From Octopus vulgaris (Eukaryota), in assembly GCA_951406725.2 (NCBI GenBank), contig OX597822.1, forward strand, positions 25,234,001 through 25,298,000: a stretch of DNA of 64,000 nt, given 5' to 3'. The notes under the pieces were generated by a model, which made no database searches, was not told the origin of the DNA, and saw only the letters and a program-made list of their open reading frames with translations. Shown here one piece after another: positions 37,630 to 53,160 of this stretch (position 1 is the stretch's first letter; the number at the start of each line of letters is the position of its first letter). Made by a program: the position numbers and the translations under genes.

Positions 37630-38190
37630 GTACGACGGTCATGTAGTAATAAATAGAGGAGTTGATCCATGCACTTGTTACCTGAGGGTAACTTCGTCTC
37701 AGCTCATTTCTGAGTAACACTGGCCAATCATCTCGTAATCCTAAGGTTCCAATCCACCTAGAGATCTGACCAGCATGGATTTGCCTCTCTAGGTACCTAG
37801 ATGAAAGGAACAATTTTCCAAATTAATGTATACATCTTCCCACTACAATCTTGAACTCCTTTAATGTGGTACAGATCACTTCAATATCCGTGCTATTCAA
37901 AGATATTGCGGTGACGCGATCTTCATCTGCTGACACGATCTTCCCGGGTGCCAATACTGTCAAGATGCCTCAGCACTCCTCTAGCTTTCATAACAATTGC
38001 TCATGGCTCAAAAAATACAAAAGCGACGACTGAGATCATTTAGGCGGACCGGGCGTGTGATTCAAAACACTTTCGATCGGGAGTGACTTTAGCTGATTGT
38101 TGAGTGTACATTAACGATATCCAACCTCTGAGATGGGACTGAAAATGACGGCATTGAGGGCAGCCACTAAACACGAATGGACGATCCTAT
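37630..38190 (-). mobile_element. Highly decayed Tx1/L1 RT fragment
   Basis: SSLLYFLSHEQLL*KLE..KIVSADEDRVTAI..IEVICTTLKEF..FHLGT*RGKSM aligns to SSLLYILTLEPLLRKLE..VSAYADDVTV..LIGETLNEY..LQLGTWRG at ~47950-48190. Confidence 0.75.
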
Positions 38191-39008
38191 AAAAAAAAAA
38201 AATTTAGATTGATTCGAGTTGACCAGAGCACAACAAAGGCCAGATTAAGTAATTGCATTTTATTTTGACACAAAGCTAACAATTCTGAGAGGAAAGGGTA
38301 GTCGATACTCTTAACTTCTGTACTAGACTGCTCTTTATTTTATTGACCTCGTACTGATGAAAGGAATTGCTGACCTCGGCTGGGATTTGAAATTGAAACA
38401 AAGAACTGAAAGAAAAGACAAAAGACACTTTACCGATGCTCTACTGATCCTGTCAACTTGCCGCCATAGCCAGATGAAATAATAACAATTCACTAAACGT
38501 TAGTAAAATCGACTGCGAGATATGACAAATATGGGGGCAGTAATTTATGGGTGCTGCTGATGATGTTGTTTGAGATTCCTATTTTTTATGTAAATATATA
38601 TATATGCACATACATTGCATACGTACATGCATGCATGCATGTATGCATGCATACATACATACATATACATTATATACATAAGCGTATAGATATATTCATA
38701 AACACACAGACACACGTATGAATATCACTATAGGAATATGTGCATGTATATGCGCATATATATATATATCCATTTATCTACCTATTTCTCTAACTTTCTC
38801 TTTCCCTTCCTCTGTCGCTCCTCCACCTCCTGTATATATATATATATATATACATGTGTGTATGCGTGCATGCATGGGAGTGAGTGTATGCATATATACG
38901 TGTGTGTATGTGTAGACAGGTATAGGCATGTGCATGTGTATAAATTTGTATATGTGGGCGGGTGTATGTATGTGTGTATGTAGATATGTATGTATGTGTG
39001 TACATATG

Positions 39009-39051
<43 letters not shown>

Positions 39052-39442
39052 ATATATATGTGTATGTATGTATGTGTGTGTAGATACGTATACATGTGTG
39101 TATAGGTATAAGTGAGAATCTCCTTATTTACCTATAACTCTATCCCCCCTTTTTTTATATATATATATATTTTTTTATATATATATTTTATATATATATT
39201 TTTTTATATATATTTTTTATATTTTTAATTTTTTTATTTTTTTATTTTATTTATTTATTTATTTTTTTATTTTTTATTTTTTATTTTTTTATTTATCTAT
39301 TCTTTCATCTAACTTACCACTGACTCCTTGACCACTCCCCCAAGTATGATATTTTGCGCTATGCCTACCCCCAAAAAGTCCCCCACCACCACTCCTTTAA
39401 ACCTGCCTAAATGTATAAATGCTAATACAATTCTTGTTAAAT

Positions 39443-39492
39443 AGCTTCCTGAAGATTTCTCTGAATGAAACAGTACTAGTCCTGTAGAAGCT
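39443..39492 (+). ncRNA. Type-I hammerhead ribozyme fold
   Basis: AGCTTC-CTGAAGA-tTTC tct GAAt-GAAA-CAG tactagtc CTG-TA-GAAGCT; 6-bp stem I, 4-bp stem III; base of stem II mismatched. Confidence 0.75.
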
Positions 39493-39572
39493 CCTTCTAT
39501 ATAATAAATTAATTTTACTCTGCTATGTATTGAGTACCTTACTTACTGTGGTTAACCCCGAATCAACCCGGA

Positions 39573-39683
<111 letters not shown>

Positions 39684-40157
39684 CACATATGTATATATAT
39701 GTTTATATATATATATATATATATATATACGTATATATACACATGAACATACACACACATACACACACGTTTATATATATATGTATATGCATACACACAC
39801 GTAAGTATGCAGTCTATCATTCCCTTTGTTGCATGTATTTCTTTTGTATAAACAAGTCTCATGAAGTTAGTCTTACGTAACAAGAATACCAATCTTCTGA
39901 GACACTGCTCTTTAGGATGAGATCAAACGATGAGTGTGTGTGCTTGTGCTTGTGTGTGTGTGTGCTTGTGTGTTGTGTGAGGTGTGTGAGAAAGGAAAAT
40001 ACAAAAGGTGATGGAGAAGGGCTCTTCTGATTTTATTTTGAAATTCTTGTTTTCATTTTGCTGGAATGGAACTCACGTATGTCCGAAAAAACACTGCTGC
40101 GGTTACTGTTCTCTAAATCACAAGTATGGGTCTTTGATGACGCAATAACAGCTGCTG

Positions 40158-40222
<65 letters not shown>

Positions 40223-40392
40223 GTTGTACTGATGTTGCTCCTTTTGCATATATGTTGTTGCTTTTGCGGCACCTTTCTTCCTGTGTGAGTTTTACGCACG
40301 CTATATATATTTAGATAAATATATATCCTCTTGTATGTGTGCACACGCAGGCGTTTGTTGGTATATATATTTATATATATATATCTATATAT

Positions 40393-40468
<76 letters not shown>

Positions 40469-40485
40469 TCATCATCATCATCGTT

Positions 40486-40608
40486 TAGCGTCCGCTTTCC
40501 ATGCTGGCATGGGTTGGATGGTTCAACTGGGGTCTGGGAAGCCAGAAGGCTGCACTAGACCCAGTCTGATCTAGCAATGTTTCTACGGTTGGATGCCATT
40601 CCTAACGC
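40486..40608 (-). mobile_element. RTE-like retroposon fragment with (GAT)n tail
   Basis: (CAT)n followed by ...TTTCTACGGTTGGATGCCATTCCTAACGCC, resembling a motif recalled from RTE-associated elements. Confidence 0.45.
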
Positions 40609-40655
40609 CTTTTTCCCCCTCTGTCTTCCCTTCTCTGGATCTTTCCTTCTCCTAT

Positions 40656-40690
40656 GTTTCCGACGAAGAGCGCCGCTCGAAACGTTAAAC
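40656..40690 (+). ncRNA. Minimal hammerhead variant (U4C core)
   Basis: GTTT-CCGACGA-A-GAGC gcc GCTC-GAAA-CG-TT-AAAC; (TA)n lies ~100 nt downstream. Confidence 0.6.
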
Positions 40691-40795
40691 CCTCCTTATT
40701 TCCTTCTTTCCTGAGCGTCCAATAATACTATATTTGTTCCACGTCCTCGCGTTGTTGTGTTTTTTTGTGCTCTCTTGTTTGGATTAACTATATAT

Positions 40796-40881
<86 letters not shown>

Positions 40882-40989
40882 ATCACGTGACCGACCAGAC
40901 CATCAGATGTTGTTACACGTCGCTGGTCACAATGTGTTCGCATTGTTTTAGCCTTCGAATGACGCCACCCCACTGGCTAAGCGAGCAGG

Positions 40990-41044
<55 letters not shown>

Positions 41045-41072
41045 GAGAATGAAGCAACAAGAATGGATAGGT

Positions 41073-41163
41073 TTTTAGTACAATCGTTTCATACAAGGAC
41101 AGGTTTTATTAAAAGTTGCAAAAATTACAGCATATAAACGTGTCCCGTACTCATCAGCTAAAA
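41073..41163 (-). ncRNA. Type-I hammerhead ribozyme (mirror copy)
   Basis: Reverse complement of 41507-41597. Confidence 0.8.
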
Positions 41164-41506
41164 TACATGTGAGTTCTCTAGACATCCTAGTGGTTGAGGC
41201 TATACTCATGAAGTAATGTAGATAATTAAGTAACATAAACAGATTTCAAAAGTTCATTAAAGTACTTTAAAGATGATGTACAGTCTTATCACAGAATTTT
41301 AAAAAAAAGTCTTAATAGCATCACAGAGGAGGTGACCTAATCCATAGTGCACATATGAATTTCCAGAGATATGATGAGGGATTACATACTCACAGAAGAC
41401 AAATTTATCCATTAACAATGGATAAATCTGTTTATGTTACTTAATTATCTACATTACTTCATGAGTATAGCCTCAACCACTAGGATGTCTAGAGAACTCA
41501 CATGTA

Positions 41507-41597
41507 TTTTAGCTGATGAGTACGGGACACGTTTATATGCTGTAATTTTTGCAACTTTTAATAAAACCTGTCCTTGTATGAAACGATTGTACTAAAA
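41507..41597 (+). ncRNA. Type-I hammerhead ribozyme with long stem II
   Basis: TTTTAG-CTGATGA-GTACGGGACA(..)TGTCCTTGTAT-GAAA-C gatt G-TA-CTAAAA. Confidence 0.8.
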
Positions 41598-43139
41598 ACC
41601 TATCCATTCTTGTTGCTTCATTCTCGATTATAATCACCCCACATTACTGTATTCTTAAATCAGTATAGTTTTTTTTGGTGCATCTAAGTTAGGTACCATA
41701 TTCAAGTAAATTCATTTAAATTAACTTGAATCTTTATTGCTTTTTGAATATATATATATATATATATTTGTGTATGTGTGTGTGTACTTTTTTTAGCTTT
41801 TATGTTTTACTTATTCCAGTTATTAGACTGCGTTCATGCTGGGGCATTTCTGCCATTTTCTTCAACCAATGATTAAGAAGATGGCGGAATGAAACTAGTT
41901 GCTTCCGCTTCTGCAATTATTCATGCTGTTATATGTTTCTTGTTGCTTTTTTTCAATGTATTTTTTTAAAAATGTATATTTAAAAAAAATCTATTATAAA
42001 ATTCCTCACAACAGAATTCTTTCCTTCTTTTTGCTGTGATTACAGCCTGGCGTTGAAAATTGAAAGAATTGTTCTGTCTTGATTCCTTCACTTAATCAAC
42101 AGAAGAAGAAGAAGAAGAAGAAGAAGAAGAAGAAGAAATTGCTTCTTCTACCTGTGTACCTGACGGAGATGTGATTGATCTCGCCGAAGCTTGAACTCAG
42201 ATCACTGGGTACTACAAGAGCATTATTCTATCCGACTCGTTTACGATCCTGCCAAATTGCTCACTTAAACCAAACTAGATGTGGTAACAGAGTTGCATCC
42301 TTGTATTTCCTACCGTAACTTCTAGACTTTTAGGGGACATGCGCCTATACTCAAACTAGTCGGGTTTTCAAACCTCTGACGACGACACTAAATTCAAATA
42401 ATATAAACAATGTGAATCGTTCGATCCAACATTTTAACGACTCTTTCACTTCGTTACCTCAGAGCCAAATAATGGAATCGGTTTAGGTCCTTGATGGAAA
42501 TAATTTTTCTTTCCTTGTATATTTATCCACATATAAACTGCACTGAATTTGTCGTGGTAGAGCTCATACGTTACAGACGCAGATAAATATAACATTGATA
42601 GCGCAGATAACAGTTTGGGAAACGCGAATATGGCAAAGCAGGTTATCTACCAACAATCACAAAGATAGACGGAGCCTCTATGTGGTCCTCCAATCTGCTA
42701 AAAATAACAATAAAATCTTTCAAATTTCACTCGGCCGTGTGAAACGAAGAAAAACGTTTTAGATAGTAACCATAAAATGTGACTGGAATGCTTTTGGCAC
42801 TAGGTTTACACAAATAGGTCTGAATTTGCTAAAAATAACTGCCAAATCTCCTCCAAATCTCATCCCGTCGTATAAAGCGTGTAAACAACTCCTAGGATAA
42901 CATAGTGCTTAGATAACAACCATAAATGTGGGTGAGATGCTTTGGGCACTTGGTATGCCAAAGCAGGGCTGGTTAACAGAAGTGGAAGCTATCTCAACCA
43001 AGTCTTTTCGGACCTCTATCTACTGTATGAAACAGGGTGAAAACATTTTTGATAAAGTAGTACTTAGATAGCTACCATAAACTCAACTGCACTCACAAAC
43101 GAGAATACTAAAAATGAACCTGACCGCTCTGAAAAATTA

Positions 43140-43335
43140 AATAAAAAAATAGGAAAAATAATCCAGAATCCTTGTCCGGTACCGGACCGATCCCAGAATC
43201 TAACCAGTTCGTGCCAGTCACGTGGTGAAATATCCCTGAAAGTTTCATCCGAATTCATCCAGCGGTTCTTGAGATATCTTGTCCATGGACAAACAAACAA
43301 ACACGATTGAAAACAATAGCGAAGGCGGAGGTAAT
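43140..43335. mobile_element. Helentron/DINE-like non-autonomous element fragment
   Basis: AAAGTTTCATCCGAAT..ATCCAGCGGTTCTTGAGATATC..(ACAA)n..GGCGGAGGTAAT, an architecture recalled from HINE/DINE-type repeats. Confidence 0.45.
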
Positions 43336-43449
43336 AAATGAATAAAATGTAATCAAAACAACAACAATGACTTGGACAATAACAGTGACAATACCAACAA
43401 CAACAACAATAGACTTGGAAAGGGGAAAAAGTTAAACAGCAAAACCATA

Positions 43450-43609
43450 GTGGTTGTATGGTAAGAAGCTTGATTCCCAGCCACATGGTTCCGGGTTCAG
43501 TCCCACTGTGTGACACCTTGGGCAAGAGCAAATGTCTTCCACTACAACGTCGGGCAAACTAAAGACTTGTGAAGGGATCTGGAGGACGAAAACTGAAAGA
43601 AGCCAGTCG

Positions 43610-43696
<87 letters not shown>

Positions 43697-43950
43697 ATCT
43701 ACCTGTATATATATGTATGTGTGTGTGTGCGTGTGTGTCTTTGTGGTGTGTCTTTGCGTCTGTCCCCCCCCATCACTTGACAACCGCTGTTTTGTGTCTA
43801 CGTCCTCGTAACTTAGCGATCCAGCAAAAAGGCCCGATAGGATAAGTACCATGCTCTAAAAAATAGAATAAGTTCAGGGGTTGATACATTCGACTAAAAG
43901 TCCTTTAAGGCGGTGCCCCAGCATGGCCGCAGTCTAACGACTGAAGCAGT
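43450..43950 (+). mobile_element. SINE family 2 copy with internal (TCTA)n
   Basis: Matches 45652-46063. Confidence 0.85.
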
Positions 43951-44670
43951 ATTTAAAGAAAATTATTACTTATGCTTATAATAGATTAGCCCTGATTGGC
44001 AGTCATTACAACTGGCTCAATATGCTATGGGTTCAAATCACGCCGATACCAACATCCATTCAGGAAGGTCGATAAATAAAGTATGTATCCCAAAGAGGTG
44101 CATAATTGATAAAATTGTTAGAGGATCGAGCATAATGTCTTGGGGGTATCTTTTCTGCTTTTTAGTGTTCTGGGTTCGAATTCCGTTTAGGTACTGATGA
44201 GCTGTGTGTATCACCTGATGGAAGCACCCTGTTCAGCTTGCAGTTGGCCTACGTGAACATGTCAGCCTAAAAGCAGCATAAGTTACTAAGTCTTTATGCA
44301 GCCGTAAATAGAAAAAAACTAAAAAAAAAAATAATAATAATAATAATGAAAAGAAAAGCTAACCCCCTCCCCAAACAGCTTATGAATTCTTTAATTTTTT
44401 TGTCAACCTTGTAAGGATGAAAAGGCGAATGAGACCACGACGGAATTTTAGCTTCCAACATAACGAAGCTAAGATGACTCTGAATCTCTACCAAGCTCCG
44501 TTACCTACTTACTGGCCACCAGCTTCACTAATACTGGCAATATCCTATGTTATCTTCTTCGTCTTATAAATACTTGCAGTAGATGACAGCCACAGAAAAG
44601 CTATACACAGACACGTTTCAAACTTAACGCTTGACTACGTTTACTAACGTCTGGTTTGGACTTAACGCTG

Positions 44671-44727
<57 letters not shown>

Positions 44728-44936
44728 TTGGAAAAAATATTTCGCTAAATAGAATTCTTGAGAAATGCGAAAGAACCGTTTCATTGCTGATGTTGTTGAT
44801 GATGATATTTATGTTGTTGCTGTATTGGCTGTTACTGTTGTTGATGATGTTGCTGCTTTTGTTAATGATGTAGTTTGTCTTCATTAAATTGTTCTCGTTT
44901 TTCTTTATTTTCTTAACATTAGTATTTCTGTTGCTG

Positions 44937-45353
44937 AAGGCGGCGAGCTGGCAGAAACGTTACCACGCCGGGCGAAATGCGTAGCCGTATTTCGTCTGCC
45001 GTTACGTTCTGAGTTCAAATTCCGCCGAGGTCGACTTTTCCTTTCATCCTTTCGGAGTCGATTAAATAAGTACCAGTTACGCACTGGGGTCGATGTAATC
45101 GACTTAATCCGTTTGTCTGTCTTTGTTTGTCCCCTCTGTGTTTAGCCCCTTGTGGGTAGTAAAGAAATAGGTATTTCGTCTGCCGTTACGTTCTGAGTTC
45201 AAATTCCGCCGAGGTCGACTTTGCCTTTCATCCTTTCGGGGTCGATTAAATAAGTACCAGTTACGCACTGGGGTCGATATAATCGACTTAATCCGTTTGT
45301 CTGTCCTTGTTTGTCCCCTCTGTGTTTAGCACCTTGTGGGTAGTAAAGAAATA
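44937..45353 (+). mobile_element. SINE1 head + body + body (self-nested dimer) with 15-bp TSD
   Basis: TSD AGTATTTCTGTTGCT at 44921-44935 and 45354-45368; the second body restarts at GTATTTCGTCTGCCG (45171). Confidence 0.93.
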
Positions 45354-45396
45354 AGTATTTCTGTTGCTTTCGTTGTCTTTGCTGTTATTGACCATC

Positions 45397-46071
45397 TAGT
45401 GGTTCTCAACCGAGGTCCACACGACCCCTTGAGAGTCCATATTAGATTTTGTTTTTAAAATTTATCTGCAGTAAATTCTTTACACTTGTACAAAACAAAA
45501 TACTTTAATTTTCTTTCTGCAATTCCTAATAATATTTCATAAAAATACAATTGGATATTTTTAAATAACATACTCGTATAACGAATGGTAATGGAGGTTC
45601 AACAGAATAAGAAATCAATGGGATCCATTGACAAAAATGGTTGAGAACCATAGGAGTGGCTGTGAGGTAAGCACTTGCTTACGAACCACATGGTTCCGGG
45701 TTCAGTCCCACTGCGTGGCACCTTGGGCGAGTGTCTTCTACTGTAGCCTCGGGCCGACCAAAGCTTTGTGAGTGGATTTGGTAGACGGAAACTGAAAGAA
45801 TCCCGTCGTATATATGTATATATATATATGTATGTGTGTGTGTATATGTTTGTGTGTCTGTGTTTGTCCCCCCCCAACATTGCTTGACAACCGATGCTGG
45901 TGTGTTTGCGTCCCCCGTAACTTAGCGGTTCGGCAAAAAGAGACCGATAGAATAAATACTAGGCTTACAAAGAATAAGTCCTGCGGTCGATTTGCTCGAC
46001 TAAAGGCGGTGCTCCAGCATGGCCGCAGTCGAATGACTGAAACAAGTAAAAGAGTAAAAGAGTAACCACTG
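45397..46071. mobile_element. hAT-like MITE whose right TIR is split by a SINE2
   Basis: Left AGTGGTTCTCAACC; right GGTTGAGAACCA (45639-45650) resumes as AACCACTG (46064-46071). Confidence 0.7.
45652..46063 (+). mobile_element. SINE family 2 (tRNA-like head, CORE-like CCTTGGGC(A/G)AGT, internal microsatellite, (GTAAAAGA)n tail)
   Basis: A-box-like TGGCTGTGAGG, B-box-like GGTTCAGTCCC; at least 6 copies in the window. Confidence 0.88.
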
Positions 46072-46996
46072 CTCTACATCAGCTTTCTTCTTCATTCATC
46101 TTCTCTTCCTTTTCCTCTTCCTCCTCCTTCTTCATTTTCTTTTTTTCCTCTTTCTTTTTCTTCTCATCCTTCTTTTTCATTTTTCTATTCTTTCTCTTTC
46201 TTTTATTCGTCCTCATCCTCCTCCTCCTCCCCGTCCTCCTCGTCGTCAACGTCGTCCTCCATTCGTCTTTCCTTTCTCTTTCTCTTTCTTTTCCTTCTTC
46301 TTCTTCTTCTTCTTCTTCTTCTTCTTCTTCTCCTCCTCCTCTTCTTCCCCCTCCTCCTCTTTCCCCCTCCAGCTCTTCCGCTCACTCTTCCTTCCCCTCT
46401 TCCTGCCTCCTCTCCCCCTCCTCCTTCTAAACCTCATTCATCACTCCTACTACTTGATTGCTAGTCCGCCGATAAAAGGTGTTCCAGTCACAAGGATCAC
46501 GACTTTTTGTGTATCAGGGTCTAGTTTTATTTTATTTTTGTTTTTCAGATGGTCGGCCGTAGCGGTGAGCTTTCGTTACCTTTTCTACTAAGCAGAATGA
46601 CCGCATAGTAACTCATTCGTTGGCTTCCAGAAATCAATCTTACACGTTAATAATTTATATTGATAGGTCATTGATCAATTACTCGTCTTTATTCATGTTT
46701 ACTGCATCGATTCTCGTTAGCATATAGCTATTAAATACCTTTCTCCCCCCTCCCTCCCTCTCTCTATATATGTTAATAAATTAATGTTTATTCATTTGTT
46801 TTACCGTATCGATTATGATAGTTTTAATGTCAGATCATTAATTACATATTTGGTGTTAACAAACCTTTGGAGGAGGCGGATTTCATAATATTTATGTTAT
46901 CAATAATTAATGATGGCGTAGGCTGTAGTGAGATAGACAGATGTGATCAATAATCGTAATTTTCCTTTAACAGTTTATTGACCTGTTAATGTAACA

Positions 46997-49672
<2,676 letters not shown>

Positions 49673-49680
49673 AATTAATT

Positions 49681-50422
49681 ATTATTATTATTGCCTTTGC
49701 ACAGCTTCTAACGCTGATGATGTACTATAGTGTCAGCTGTTCAATACCAGTTACTTTAGTAACACCTATTATTTTTCGAACACCTTCCGGAGTATTCGAG
49801 CGGTTCCAAGCAGTGCTGTTTTCTGCAAGTGATCCACCCTTATTGCAGCCCCTATTTGTTCCACGTACTTCTAGAGATTTTTGCTCACTGTTCCCAGGCC
49901 TCCGACAATTATTGGTACTACTGCAACCGTTTTCATCAACTACAACTGCTTAACTTCCCAAGCTAACCTGTCATATCTATCTACTTTTCTTTCTTCCTTG
50001 TCGCATACTTTCTTGTCAGCCAAGCATGCTATATCTATGATCCATCATTGTTTGTTTTCTTTCTCAGTTAAGACTATATCCGGCTTCCTATTCTCTATCG
50101 CACTTAACCAAAGAGAATAGGAAGCCGGGCATAGTCTTAATTGAGAAATAAAACAAACTATGCATACATATAGCATGCCCAGCTGACAACAAGGTATGCG
50201 ATAAGGAATAAAGAAAAGTCGAGAGATATGACAGGTTAGCTTGGGAAGTTAAGCAGTTGTGGTCAATGAAAAAAGTAACAGTAGTACCAATAACTTTTGG
50301 GGCCCTGGGAACAGTGAGCAAAAATCTCGAGAAGTACGTGGAAGAAATAGGGGCTGTAATAAAGTTGGAGCACTTGCAGAAAACAGCACTGCTTGGAACC
50401 GCTCGAACAGTCCGGAAAGTGC
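49681..50422. mobile_element. R4/Dong-like RLE non-LTR 3' relic as a head-to-head inverted pair (minus 49681-50096; plus 50112-50422)
   Basis: PDIVLTEKENKQ*WIIDIAC..KEERKVDRY (PD..D..K restriction-like endonuclease) and VVPITFGALG..LQKTALLGTARTVRKVL; the minus copy ends in (TAA)n. Confidence 0.8.
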
Positions 50423-50423
50423 T

Positions 50424-50760
50424 GGCTGCGAGGTGGCAAAATCGTTAGAACGGCGGGTGAAATGCTTAGCGGTATTTCGTCCATCTGAGTTCAAATTCTG
50501 CCGAGGTTGATTTTGCCTTTCATCATTTCGAGCTCGATAAATTTAGCATGGAGTCGATGTAAATGACTTAATCTCTTCCCCCAAATTTGAGGCTTTGTGC
50601 TTCCAGTAGAAAGGATTATTATTAAGGCAGCGAGCTGGCAGAATCGTTAGCACACCGGGGAAAATGCTTAGTGGTATTTCGTCCGTCTTCATGTTCTGAG
50701 TTCAAATTCCGTCGAGGTCGATAAATTAAGTACCAGTTAAGTATTAGAGTCGCTGTGATC
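50424..50760 (+). mobile_element. Two tandem SINE1 copies (first with tail B)
   Basis: Head, B-box and core; tail ...GTAGAAAGGATTATTATT. Confidence 0.8.
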
Positions 50761-51365
50761 AGAACTTGTAATCTAGCAAGAAATGCGATATGAAATAAAT
50801 TAAGATAGGCGCAGGAGTGGCTGTGTGGTAAATAGATTGCTTACCTCGCTTACGCATGCGTGAGTTTGTCAGTCACTTACGAGAGTGAACATTGTCAAGA
50901 CGTGCTTGGAAGCCGTCTTGAATTAAAGAACCGTTGAAGGCGCGACTGCAAGATAGGCTTCTGTCATTTTAGGTATTCGGTGGGAAATTAAAAATTTTTT
51001 TTTTATATTGTTTTATCTCGAGTAAGAAATCCTCACTGGAACCTAGACATTTGTCTGTTGCGGTCGCGCCGAGTGACTCACTTAGCTGTGAGAATTGTTG
51101 TTTTGGTGGGCGTGTCTCGATACCAAAATTTAGAAAATTTATGAATTCGTGGAGGAATTTTCGTGTGGTGCGACGGTGAACTAGCATACATGTATTCTTG
51201 TGGATTACCTGAGTAGCGGAATTGTGTTGCCGTGAATTGAACTGTTTTCCTTCGTTCTTTCTCTCTGCACTGTCTTTCTGTTCTTTTTTGTTTTTATTGG
51301 ACTTTTTATTTGGAACATTTTGGATTTTGTGTTGAACATTTTACTTTATTTTTTCTTTTGTAAGC

Positions 51366-52539
51366 ATGGCAAAAAAAAATTGGAGTGGCAAATTGTGGCC
51401 CCCAAGCAGTGGGAAAAAACTTTAATGAGAGAACGGTGGTGTTGAGGACATATTCTAAGTCCCTCGACACCATCACTGTATTCTCTGTGGCGGATATTGA
51501 AAAGGAGTTGGTAGAATATCTGCCAACTATTAAGTTTATTGCAAGGGGTGTCAAATATGCAACAGTGTGGTTGCTGTTTGACACTCCTGGGGAGGCTCGA
51601 GATTTTGCGAGCCAACCCTTGGAAGGGGAGAAAATTCTGTTTCTCCCCACATATGGTGGGAGGAAATTGACAAGAGCTTGGGTGTGTGGACTGCTACCCG
51701 GAATAGAGCCCGAATGGATAGAAGACACTATCCGTCGGGGTCTGGGTGGCAGCAGAGCCAAGCTCTTAAATGTCAAAATTCTACCTGCGGCTGATTGGGT
51801 GGGTCGAAAGCAGTTTTGACCCTGTGGACCCAATCAGCCGATAATCTGGTTTTTCCAGATTTTTTGAGGATGGCCGGGTGCGGGTACCCAGTGATTCTTG
51901 AGGATCGCCCCCCCCCCCAGGTGTCATCGGTGTCCTGAGCCTGGCCATACAAAGAAAAACTGTCCTCAGGAACAACGCAATATCCTGAAGCAGTTGATGG
52001 AGACTTCTGTAGAAAGAACGAAGGCTGCCGAGGAGGCGGAGGACTCCTCAAAGAAAGGCTGCAAGAGGAAGAAGTTGAGCAGTAATGGGTGCTCACCGAA
52101 GGGTCCTAGGGATGAGGGAGGGGAAGCAAATCTCCGGTCACGGAGGAGACACAGCCTCCCCCAGTTGAGAAGAAAAAATGAGGAAGAGGAAGAAAAACGG
52201 GACATTGCCGGCAGTCGGTGACATAGCACCAGAATGTCCCGGAACCTCGTTAGTTGTGCCACCGGTAGAGGAAGTGACACCGTTGGCGGAATTGTGCCGC
52301 CAACGGCAGAATTGACTACCTCGACCCCGGAGGAAGTCAAATTATTGATCTTCTACAGAGGTGGAGAGGTAGAAAAGGTTGTGAAAAAACACTGTAAGGG
52401 ACTACCTTTAACTTTCCCACGGGAACCCGAATGGCCTCCGCAGATATCTGTGGAGGCCATAACGTTGCCCGTGGAGGGACTCAAAAAGGAATATCGCTTG
52501 TGGCCGGGCGACGCCGACTCAGAGCCCCCTTGGTTTTAA
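51366..52539 (+). pseudogene. Frameshifted LINE ORF1 (gag-like)
   Basis: ERTVVLRTY / KYATVWLLF / LPGIEPEWI match QKTIIFKTY / KFGTVEVRF / VPPEVEPMWL of the first LINE; CCHC knuckle. Confidence 0.75.
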
Positions 52540-52655
52540 ACAAGGTGTGGGTGATGGCGGAGTATACGGGCACAAGCGATGTTGGAGAGGAAAATTGACA
52601 AGAGGTTGAAAAGCCTGTGTTATAAAGTTTAAGTGTGTAAGTGGCTCAGCGCCTC

Positions 52656-52967
52656 AATTTGTAAATGGACTATTTAGTCCAAAAATTGTAAAAACTGTAG
52701 TAAGAGGTTCAATACCACGTTTTTTTTGTTTAAAAAATAATTTTTTAATTTGTAAATGGACTATTTAGTCCAAAAATTGTAAAAACTGTAGTAAGAGGTT
52801 CAATACCACGTTTTTTTTGTTTAAAAAATAATTTTTTAATTTGTAAATGGACTATTAAGTCCAATAATTGTAAAAACTGTAGTAAGAGGTTCAATACCAC
52901 GTTTTTTTTGTTTAAAAAATAATTTTTTAATTTGTAAATTGACTATTAAGTCCAATAATTGTAAAAA
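52656..52967. repeat. 91-bp tandem repeat, ~3.4 copies
   Basis: Units start AATTTGTAAAT at 52656, 52747, 52838 and 52929. Confidence 0.93.
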
Positions 52968-53160
52968 CGGAAGTGAGAGGTTCAGTAGCTCGGTTTGTTT
53001 TTTGTGTAAAAAATAATGTTTTAGAGAAGCAAAAATTCGACGGGCGTTTTTTGTCTTCTCCCATTAATATCATTTTATTTCCTCATTCATCTCATGAATG
53101 TTTCTGTCCAGCCCACAAGCTACTCTGTATCATGCCTTTATGGGAAAATTTGTTGGAATA

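Larger units (their letters stand above)
41044..41626. mobile_element. Young palindromic element: 203-bp apparently identical inverted arms (41044-41246 / 41424-41626), two hammerheads
   Basis: No mismatch found by eye between the arms; left end abuts (TA)n. Confidence 0.93.
50846..53160 (+). mobile_element. ORF1-only (HAL1-like) Tx1-derived retroelement inserted into a SINE2 head
   Basis: Imperfect 16-bp TSD AAATAGATTGCTTACC (50830-50845) / AAGTAGCTTGTTTACC (53161-53176); frameshifted ORF1 with PPRCHRCPEPGHTKKNC knuckle, similar to ORF1 at 13169-14208; no RT; ends AATA(AA). Confidence 0.82.

Noticed and set aside
44190-44245. CTGATGA followed by a GCTG...CAGC stem
   Set aside because: No GAAA after the stem, so not a hammerhead. 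The same applies to CTGANGA hits near 42376, 49714 and 38354.
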